Shown here piece by piece: positions 38,040 through 44,159 of a stretch of 44,159 bases of DNA. The position numbers and the translations under genes were made by a program. A model generated the notes under the pieces. That model made no database searches. It had not been told where the DNA came from and saw only the letters and a list, made by a program, of their open reading frames with translations. Within the stretch, counting starts at the first letter, position 1, and each line of letters opens with the position of its first letter. The stretch is from a virus (lineage: Duplodnaviria; Caudoviricetes): IMG/VR virus record IMGVR_UViG_3300005286_000518, positions 1-44,159 of that record. The stretch is one strand, 5' to 3'.

Positions 38040-38195
38040 TCATAGCACTACATCGAGGAATATCCCGGTAATGATGATTCCAAGCAGGAACGCTTCAAAG
38101 CGGGTTTCCTCCTGTTCCAGGAACAGCGGGCCTTCCTGCATGGCCCGTCGGATGATGTGCAAAAAGGAGCAGGCAAGAAGGCTGAGGGTAATCAT
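38040..38195 (-). CDS. Small hydrophobic protein (51 aa)
   Basis: Manual translation MITLSLLACSFLHII...GIFLDVVL. Confidence 0.45.
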   Translation of the reverse strand: MITLSLLACSFLHIIRRAMQEGPLFLEQEETRFEAFLLGIIITGIFLDVVL

Positions 38196-38204
38196 GGCCG
38201 TGCG

Positions 38205-38345
38205 TTAAGCGGATTTCATTTTAGCCAGTTGGCGGCGACAGGTTTCACAGTGTTGCTTGCCCTCGGTTTTAGGGCGGCCACACCGATCACAACGGTGGAC
38301 CGGAAAATAGCGGGCAAGGTAGCGGGCACGCTCTTCTTTGTTCAT
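38205..38345 (-). CDS. Small CxxC-CxxC zinc-finger protein (46 aa)
   Basis: Manual translation with CDRC and CETC. Confidence 0.6.
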   Translation of the reverse strand: MNKEERARYLARYFPVHRCDRCGRPKTEGKQHCETCRRQLAKMKSA

Positions 38346-38347
38346 GG

Positions 38348-38704
38348 CTAGTTCTTAGGGGTAATGCCGCGCTCTTCCATCAAGCGGGTGATGGTGGAGA
38401 ACTGGTCTGGGGTGAGGTCCAGGCGGGCTTCTATCTCGTTCATCAGCTCGCGCAGTTCTTTGACGGCCAGACTCTTAGCCGGGCCTTGCTTCATGGACTT
38501 GAGGTTGCTCATAGGGGTGGGGTTAGAAATATCCTGCCAGAATTCGCAGTTGGTAGCGAGCTCCTGGATGGGGGTGGAGAGGAGGCGCCGGATGTAGTCA
38601 GCATCCACCGGCGTCTCTTCATGGTTTTGGGGGATGGGTGCGGATTGGTGCCAGATGATCCGGGCATTGTCCGCGATCACCCGTAGGCGAAGAAGGGTGT
38701 TCAT
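38348..38704 (-). CDS. Hypothetical protein
   Basis: 118 aa in the leftward early operon. Confidence 0.7.
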   Translation of the reverse strand: MNTLLRLRVIADNARIIWHQSAPIPQNHEETPVDADYIRRLLSTPIQELATNCEFWQDISNPTPMSNLKSMKQGPAKSLAVKELRELMNEIEARLDLTPDQFSTITRLMEERGITPKN

Positions 38705-38988
38705 GGCAGGTTGTTACCGAGATATTGGATGGGGTCTTCGGCGAGTACCATCTGTTGTAGGTGGCATTGCCAGGCCTGTTGTGGATAATCCGCAGTGGCT
38801 CCGTCCACGGTCCCAATAAACCTGTGGACTTGTAGCATCTCTTCGCCCCACAGCGCCTTAGCGAAATCGTGTTCAAAAATAAATAGCTTCCATTCGTGGA
38901 TCTTGTAACGGCGGTATCCGTAAGAATTAACCCAGCCGTTCGCTACAGCCTTCTCAATCGCTTGGGTGAGTATTTCTTGGGTGTTCAT
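38701..38988 (-). CDS. Hypothetical phage protein
   Basis: IEKAVANGW..FEHDFAKALWGE..WQCHLQQMVL pattern; ATGA overlap. Confidence 0.75.
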   Translation of the reverse strand: MNTQEILTQAIEKAVANGWVNSYGYRRYKIHEWKLFIFEHDFAKALWGEEMLQVHRFIGTVDGATADYPQQAWQCHLQQMVLAEDPIQYLGNNLP

Positions 38989-39158
38989 ACCGCCGCTAAC
39001 TTACGGCGCAATAAATCGTAGTCTCCCGCTGTGATGGTGCGAAACCGCATCTGGTAGCACCATTTCTTATACAAACTCCCTTTGGGGAACTGATGGGCGG
39101 CCTTGTTTGCTTTCCGGCGTACAGAATCAAACTCCGCCTGAAATCGGGTGTAGGTCAT
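38985..39158 (-). CDS. Hypothetical protein (57 aa)
   Basis: Manual translation MTYTRFQAEF...RKLAAV; overlaps both neighbours. Confidence 0.55.
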   Translation of the reverse strand: MTYTRFQAEFDSVRRKANKAAHQFPKGSLYKKWCYQMRFRTITAGDYDLLRRKLAAV

Positions 39159-39619
39159 TATTCAAGGTTAAATGCTCTTCCGTACTTCTCTCCCCACGCT
39201 ATGGCTTCTTCTTCCGTCTCGTGGACGTTGCCAATGAAGAGTATGAAATAATCAAAATCACAGTGATTCCAGGATGTTTTGAGGGACATTTCAAAGGTCA
39301 TACTCCAGTACCAGTATTCCTTACCAACCTCAGGCTCTTTCTTCTCCCGAATCACTGCCTGACAGCGGAGTGCGCCTCGTTCTGCCTCTTTTAGGGTTTT
39401 GAAGCAGTTGCCTGCTTCAAAGGTAGCCTTAGTAGTAGATCCCATTAATTGAAGGGGCCTATCGTTGCTCCATCGTAAGTGCCATGGACGCAAATCAGCC
39501 CCTACTGTCCAGAATCCTTCTTCTGGGTTTGGCCTCCACTCTTCTTTCTCTCCCTCCAGGTCTGCAATGCGCTCTTTTAAGCGTGCTACCTCGGCTTCTA
39601 ACTCTTTCATCGTGCTCAT
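39158..39619 (-). CDS. Hypothetical phage protein
   Basis: 153 aa with two similar halves (GNCFKTLKEA / GNVHETEEEA). Confidence 0.75.
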   Translation of the reverse strand: MSTMKELEAEVARLKERIADLEGEKEEWRPNPEEGFWTVGADLRPWHLRWSNDRPLQLMGSTTKATFEAGNCFKTLKEAERGALRCQAVIREKKEPEVGKEYWYWSMTFEMSLKTSWNHCDFDYFILFIGNVHETEEEAIAWGEKYGRAFNLE

Positions 39620-39996
39620 TTCTTGTACTTACGGCTGGTAATGTAGTCCCGCACCAGGCGCTCGTAGTCGTCCAGGCAGTCGAAGAACCGCCTTGGATCA
39701 ACGCGTGAGGTGCCGGTGTAGAAGGTGTGCATCAGCTCCTGGCAGCGGGTGGGATCGTCAAAGACGTAGTAGAGGGTTTGTCCTCGCACGAAGAAGCGAC
39801 TTCTGCCGTGTACCAGGTCGAGGAAGACAGCGATCTGCTTTTTATTAATCACCACCTCCCCATTCTCCAGGGGAAGCTCCGGCAGCTGCTCTTTGCGAGG
39901 CGAGGCCAGGTGCGCCACTTCCGGCCGCTCCATCCCCTCTTGCTCCTTCCAGTGCTCCTGGAGTCTCTTATTCAGTTCGTGGCGGCTACTCATCAT
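39616..39996 (-). CDS. Hypothetical protein
   Basis: 126 aa; ATGA overlap. Confidence 0.7.
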   Translation of the reverse strand: MMSSRHELNKRLQEHWKEQEGMERPEVAHLASPRKEQLPELPLENGEVVINKKQIAVFLDLVHGRSRFFVRGQTLYYVFDDPTRCQELMHTFYTGTSRVDPRRFFDCLDDYERLVRDYITSRKYKK

Positions 39997-40132
39997 CGTG
40001 GATTTTCTTATGGATTCTGTTCATGTGGTCGAGGGTTCTCCCCAAGACCACGGCGATTGCGATGGTGGCAATACAGGCAGCCAGGATGATGAAGCCCACG
40101 ATGATGAGGAACCAGAGAATAAATTCAGTCAT
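39986..40132 (-). CDS. Small single-TM protein (48 aa)
   Basis: Manual translation MTEFILWFLIIVGFIILAACIATIAIAVVLG... Confidence 0.55.
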   Translation of the reverse strand: MTEFILWFLIIVGFIILAACIATIAIAVVLGRTLDHMNRIHKKIHDDE

Positions 40133-40317
40133 GTCTGCTTGGTTAGGGATTTGTAGGGATGGCGCTGGGTTTCCATGGCGGCGGCGATTAAGGTCTGGGT
40201 GATCTCATTCATGGAATCCGTGTCGTAGCGCTCGAAGATCACCGTTTCGGTTTCCTTGTCGTAGACTTCCAGCCAGAGCTCAAAGCGCCCCGGCTTGGGG
40301 AGGGTGAGAGGAATCAT
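40129..40317 (-). CDS. Hypothetical protein
   Basis: 62 aa directly after ERF. Confidence 0.6.
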   Translation of the reverse strand: MIPLTLPKPGRFELWLEVYDKETETVIFERYDTDSMNEITQTLIAAAMETQRHPYKSLTKQT

Positions 40318-40319
40318 GG

Positions 40320-41018
40320 TTAAAAGGCTATGTCGTCAATATTGATCTCGCCGGTCTCTACGCCGGTAATGTTGCGGTAGGTCTTGTCTCCGCTCTGGCG
40401 GGTGTGGATGCTCACCTTGAGGCGCGCCCCGTCCGTGAAGTAGTCAAACAGGTCCTTGTTAAAGAGCATCAGGCCGCCCTCGGCGGTGTGGATCAGTTTG
40501 TACTCCCCGTTCTTCCCCTGCTTGCTCTCCACGCTCTCCACCAGGATTTCCTGGACGCTATCCCCTTCGGGAGCGGTACTCATGGCGCGGGGAGCGGCGG
40601 GAGCGGGTTTACTGGCCGGAAGGGAGGCACTGGCGGTTGCCCCATCGTCATCCTTATCAATGTCCAGGCAGAGGAGGGCTCCCATGGCGTACCGGCGCTG
40701 GTAGGTGATGGCCGACCCGATAGCCTGCGGCTTGGTGTCGGTGGGCGTCATGGGGTAGCTCGCCCGCATCCACTGACCGGACGTGTGGTTGAGCTGGGTC
40801 ATGAGCTCATTGGGGCCGGAGGGCAGCTGCACGATAGAAAGGCCGTTCTCGGTGAGGGGTTCTTTGATGGCCTCCAGGATCGAGGAGAGGGAGGCGTACT
40901 GGTAGGTGTAGGTGCCAACCTTGGCAACCTCACTCTTGCCGATCTTGCCGACTTTTTTCTGGAAGGCGACCAGGGCCTGCGCCAGTTTGTCGATCTCGGC
41001 GGATTGTTCAAATGTCAT
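40320..41018 (-). CDS. erf: ERF-family single-strand annealing protein
   Basis: YQYASL..I, LSIVQ, HTSGQWM, PQAIGSAITYQRRYAM..L.....DDDG; acidic SSB-like tail DDIAF. Confidence 0.92.
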   Translation of the reverse strand: MTFEQSAEIDKLAQALVAFQKKVGKIGKSEVAKVGTYTYQYASLSSILEAIKEPLTENGLSIVQLPSGPNELMTQLNHTSGQWMRASYPMTPTDTKPQAIGSAITYQRRYAMGALLCLDIDKDDDGATASASLPASKPAPAAPRAMSTAPEGDSVQEILVESVESKQGKNGEYKLIHTAEGGLMLFNKDLFDYFTDGARLKVSIHTRQSGDKTYRNITGVETGEINIDDIAF

Positions 41019-41042
41019 AGAGGGGTGATTAATGCATAGATA

Positions 41043-41288
41043 TTAGTCCGCGTAGTCGCGGGTGCGGTCCGGCTGGTGGTAGACGCCGTACATGTCGGCT
41101 CGGGAGTAGATCTGGTGCGGTCCGGAAGGGGTAAAGGGAATATCCACGAGAGCGTCCCTGTCTGAAGAGTACATGTCCCGAGAGGGAAGGCTACGCAGCG
41201 CTTCTTCCGCGTCTTCATCCCCTTGCGCTATCGCCTCCAGGATTTCGGGCTGGGTCTCTACCCAGTCGACGGAGTGGGTGTCGTTCAT
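41043..41288 (-). CDS. Acidic hypothetical protein
   Basis: 81 aa upstream of ERF. Confidence 0.65.
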   Translation of the reverse strand: MNDTHSVDWVETQPEILEAIAQGDEDAEEALRSLPSRDMYSSDRDALVDIPFTPSGPHQIYSRADMYGVYHQPDRTRDYAD

Positions 41289-41293
41289 GGCGG

Positions 41294-41434
41294 TTATTTA
41301 CAGGTCATCTGTTGGGCGCTACAGCGGTTACTGTAGTAGGTGTCCGTACTGGTGAAGAAGATCGCCTTGGTAAAGCCGACCACCAGATACGCAAAGAGCA
41401 GGGCATAGAGCCCGTTCTTGAGTGCGGTACGCAT
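41294..41434 (-). CDS. Small membrane protein (46 aa)
   Basis: Manual translation MRTALKNGLYALLFAYLVVGF...QMTCK; stop lies 5 nt before the next start. Confidence 0.5.
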   Translation of the reverse strand: MRTALKNGLYALLFAYLVVGFTKAIFFTSTDTYYSNRCSAQQMTCK

Positions 41435-41642
41435 AGATCACTAGATATTAGGTATAAGCTCGCATTACCCGACCATCCATGATCCAAAGGAGGGGCAAAG
41501 ATCATGGACCAGAGGAACGATTCTGGTGATCGGGCAATGTGAGCCTATTGAAAGGCCGAATTGTCAATCTCGGGAGGGTGCCCGTCGTCTCGTCTGCATC
41601 CACGTTGACAGATCCTTTTCCCCCCGTCAATGCTTAACCCCC

Positions 41643-41825
41643 TTAAGAAGAGGGGGTTAGTTCGGTTCGTAGCTCCTGCAGGCGCTTTTCCGCGCGTTTG
41701 CGGCGCATCATGGCCATGTGTTCCTTGATATCCGTGGTCTTAGCGCGTTCGGCAACGCTCTTCTTGCCGCCCCGTGAGCCGGTCTGCTGAAAAAATTCTT
41801 TGGTGAAGGGTTCTGGCTGTGTCAT
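41643..41825 (-). CDS. Small basic protein with KGG-like motif, possible regulator
   Basis: FFQQTGSRGGKKS; leaderless promoter geometry. Confidence 0.65.
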   Translation of the reverse strand: MTQPEPFTKEFFQQTGSRGGKKSVAERAKTTDIKEHMAMMRRKRAEKRLQELRTELTPSS

Positions 41826-41831
41826 ACCCTG

Positions 41832-41879
41832 ACCCTAGCACTTAAGGGACTTATATACAAGCGCCCTTCTTGCTAGTCT
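41832..41879. promoter_or_regulatory. Overlapping divergent promoters, both leaderless
   Basis: Minus: TTGTAT-17-TGcTAGGGT-6-ATG(41825). Plus: TTATAT-17-TGcTAGTCT-6-ATG(41886). Confidence 0.6.
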
Positions 41880-41885
41880 GGGCTG

Positions 41886-42347
41886 ATGGATTACTATTTT
41901 GCCACCATCCCCGGCAAACAGGAGACGCGCTGCGCCGTATCTCCCCGCTTCCAGGAGCAGCTGGGCGCCCTCACGCCCGAGGCCGCCCTCGTTTTATTGG
42001 TGCTCCTGACCTACTGCGACGGGGCGACCCTTCCCACGATCAGTTCCCACCTGGCGATCGGGGAGGAGGCGGTAACGATTGCCCTGGACTGGCTCATTAA
42101 ATTGGAGCTGGTGCAGCAGGAGCGCTACCTATCCAGGGGCAAGTACTCCCTCGTTTCCCTGAACATCACGCCCGCCGTTTCCTTGGCCATGCAGCTGGAG
42201 CAGGCGGGCCTTAGTGTGAGCGACACCGAGTACTTTTTGGCCAACTGGCCCGAAGAGAAGCTGAAAGCCGCCCTTCCCATCTTGATCGCCCGCAAGCCCG
42301 ACAAGCCACGGGCCTACTTCGAGGCGATTCTCAAGAGCCACGGATAG
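41886..42347 (+). CDS. Putative winged-helix DNA-binding protein
   Basis: ATLPTISSHLAIGEEAVTIALDWLIKLELV wHTH-like segment. Confidence 0.65.
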   Translation: MDYYFATIPGKQETRCAVSPRFQEQLGALTPEAALVLLVLLTYCDGATLPTISSHLAIGEEAVTIALDWLIKLELVQQERYLSRGKYSLVSLNITPAVSLAMQLEQAGLSVSDTEYFLANWPEEKLKAALPILIARKPDKPRAYFEAILKSHG

Positions 42348-42439
42348 TTTGCCCTTCTGTTCGCTGGTAAATCGGCGGGGCGGCGATACAGTAGGGATTG
42401 CTACTATCGCCATCTTTCGTCGCGGGAAAGGAGCAGGGT

Positions 42440-42874
42440 GTGAAGAACAACTATGTCACCTGGGAGGGCTGGCCCGGAGATGGCCCGGACCAGGTGAAGA
42501 TTCAGTACCGGGGAAACGTGGAGGAGCTGCACGCCATTGCCACCAAGCTCCTCATCGAGTGGAAATATAGAGGGGTAGAGTACGACCCGACCGAAGACCG
42601 GACGTTGGAGGGGACGCTGCCGGTACTAGAAAAGCGCTGGAAGTACGCGCGTCTTCCCTGGTGGCGGGTACGACTGGTGTGGCTGAAGAAGGAGATCGAC
42701 CTGGAGATCAGTTGTCAGAAGGATCTGTGGTCCGATATCTGGGAGGGCATCTGTACCTGGGCTCCGCGCGTGGCCATCGTCTTTTTGGTGTGGTTTTTCT
42801 TCATGGTGCCCATCCTCTACTACGTGATCTTTGTGGATCAGTCCAGCCCCTACCGCATCCAGAAAGTGCGCTAA
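42440..42874 (+). CDS. Hypothetical protein with C-terminal TM helix
   Basis: GTG start after AAAGGAG; hydrophobic C-terminal segment. Confidence 0.7.
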   Translation: MKNNYVTWEGWPGDGPDQVKIQYRGNVEELHAIATKLLIEWKYRGVEYDPTEDRTLEGTLPVLEKRWKYARLPWWRVRLVWLKKEIDLEISCQKDLWSDIWEGICTWAPRVAIVFLVWFFFMVPILYYVIFVDQSSPYRIQKVR

Positions 42875-42978
42875 GCGAAACAGCAGGGGAGATAGCGCAC
42901 AATTAGCAGGCGTTAGGTCGAAAAAACGGGGTATAATGCGAGTACAACAGAGTAATCTGGCCAAACTTAAGCACTAAC

Positions 42979-43022
42979 GACTCTTAATCAGCGGGTCATA
43001 GGTTCGAGTCCTATACGACCCA
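42979..43022 (+). repeat. 3' half of tRNA-Lys(CTT): att core (attR-like), not an intact tRNA
   Basis: GA-CTCTTAA-TCAGC anticodon loop, ATAGG-TTCGAGT-CCTAT T-arm, acceptor 3' strand; no D-arm or matching 5' stem upstream. Confidence 0.88.
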
Positions 43023-43026
43023 TCCC

Positions 43027-43067
43027 AATGCCGGTTCCTATCATCAACAGGTAGGAACCGGCATTTT
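43027..43067 (+). terminator. Terminator hairpin after the tRNA fragment
   Basis: Perfect 14-bp inverted repeat AATGCCGGTTCCTA/TAGGAACCGGCATT. Confidence 0.8.
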
Positions 43068-43148
43068 CGTTAAATCCCTGCGAAGGGGTCTGGCATTCCC
43101 TGCCATTTCTTGCTAACCTGGTGACACCTACCCGTAAGGACGGCTCAG

Positions 43149-44159
43149 ATGGTCACAGGTTCCACCCCCTCCAACCAGGCAGACTGGACCGAGGCGCTCC
43201 AGGACTTCCTCCTCCACGTCGAGGCGACGCTCGCCCCCAAGACCCACCGCTTCTACGCCACCCAGCTGCGCCAGCTCGCCCTTTGGGCGGACGAGAACCA
43301 TGTGCCGCTCGCTGGCTTCGGCAAGCGGCACATGGACCGCTACCTGGTGTTTCGCCACCAGGGCGGCGTCTCCCCCTCGACGCTGCAGCACGACGCCGTG
43401 AGCGCCAAGAAGTTCTTCCGCTGGTGCGCCCGGGAAGGAATACTCGAGCGCTCCCCGATGGCGGAGTACCAGGTGAGAAACGCCCCGGCGCCGGCTCGCC
43501 CCATGCCCTCGGAAGCCGAGATCCAGGCGCTGCTGGATTCCCTGCGCCGCTACTGGGACCCGCAGGAGCACCCCTCCATCCGCAACGTGCCGCACGCCCG
43601 GCGGCTGTTCTTCTCCCAGCGCAACCACGCCCTGGTCCTGGGGCTGCTGGACACCGCCTGCCGCATCGGGGAGATGCTGGACCTGAAGGTTTCCGACGTA
43701 CGCCTCCCGGAGCGCCAGCTGCTGGTGCGGGTCGCCAAGGGCCGCCAGCCCCGGACCCTGCCGCTGTCGGAGCCATTCGCCCGGGTGCTCGGGGAGTGGC
43801 TGAAGGCCCGGAACCGCATCATGAAGGCCGCCCCGGAAGACGAGGGGTACGTCTTCATCAGCGAATCCGGCGGGCGGATGGACGCCTCGATGTTCCTGAA
43901 GTCCCTGCGCCGGGCCGCCGCGTTCGGCGGGGCGGGCGGGGAGATCACCCTGCACTCCCTGCGGCGCTTCTCGCTCAACCGCCTGGCCAAGAACAACCTG
44001 CTCGGGGCGCAGCAGATCGCCGGCCACAAGAACCCGGCCACGACGCTCCTCTACACGAAGCTGGACCCGGAGTTCGTGCGGGATGTCCATGAGGACACGG
44101 GCGTCGTCCGCTCCATCCTGGGGACCCGCCGGGAGTACAGGAAGAAGCGCCTGATCTAA
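43149..44159 (+). CDS. int: Tyrosine recombinase/integrase of a second element
   Basis: ACRIGE, VAKG, HSLRR, IAGH, LLYT; homologous along its full length to the integrase at 1..1005. Confidence 0.95.
   Translation: MVTGSTPSNQADWTEALQDFLLHVEATLAPKTHRFYATQLRQLALWADENHVPLAGFGKRHMDRYLVFRHQGGVSPSTLQHDAVSAKKFFRWCAREGILERSPMAEYQVRNAPAPARPMPSEAEIQALLDSLRRYWDPQEHPSIRNVPHARRLFFSQRNHALVLGLLDTACRIGEMLDLKVSDVRLPERQLLVRVAKGRQPRTLPLSEPFARVLGEWLKARNRIMKAAPEDEGYVFISESGGRMDASMFLKSLRRAAAFGGAGGEITLHSLRRFSLNRLAKNNLLGAQQIAGHKNPATTLLYTKLDPEFVRDVHEDTGVVRSILGTRREYRKKRLI

Larger units (their letters stand above)
1..43022. mobile_element. Temperate prophage, podovirus-like, integrated at tRNA-Lys(CTT); left boundary lies upstream of the window
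   Basis: Integrase at the left end, complete packaging/head/tail/lysis/recombination modules, tRNA 3' fragment at the right end; no tape measure or sheath gene recognised. Confidence 0.88.

Noticed and set aside
1-43022. Alternative genetic code or stop-codon recoding
   Set aside because: All hallmark genes are intact under code 11 and TAA, TAG and TGA all end genes
42945-43025. Complete tRNA-Lys gene
   Set aside because: The 5' anticodon stem reads AACGA and cannot pair fully with TCAGC; no D-arm or 5' acceptor strand is present, so only the att fragment is supported
43121-44092. 323-aa alternative-frame ORF over the second integrase
   Set aside because: P/R/G/A-rich off-frame translation with no motifs

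Overview
The window is almost entirely one temperate, short-tailed (podovirus-like) prophage of about 43 kb. It runs from a tyrosine integrase at 1..1005 to the duplicated 3' half of a tRNA-Lys(CTT) at 42979..43022 (attR-like). A second, homologous integrase follows (43149..44159), suggesting tandem elements at one tRNA site. Module order: integrase; XcyI/XmaI-like type II restriction-modification pair; replication initiator with internal iterons; cassette-like small ORFs; a leftward VirD4/TraD-like ATPase plus replication-relaxation module; terminase, portal, scaffold and capsid; a glycosyltransferase/FkbM cluster inside the virion operon; tail, fibre and ejection proteins; lysis; a leftward early operon (ERF, RusA); and a divergent leaderless promoter pair. 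Most notable unexplained features: a ~64-nt promoter-to-terminator RNA at ~7929..7992 complementary to the start-codon region of a distant 39-aa phage gene, a C-rich non-Shine-Dalgarno start context shared by many core genes, the coupling-protein/relaxase-like pair inside a complete phage, and an in-frame membrane-protein/endolysin fusion with an apparent internal start. All calls come from motif recognition by eye; no searches were run and the host cannot be determined from this window.
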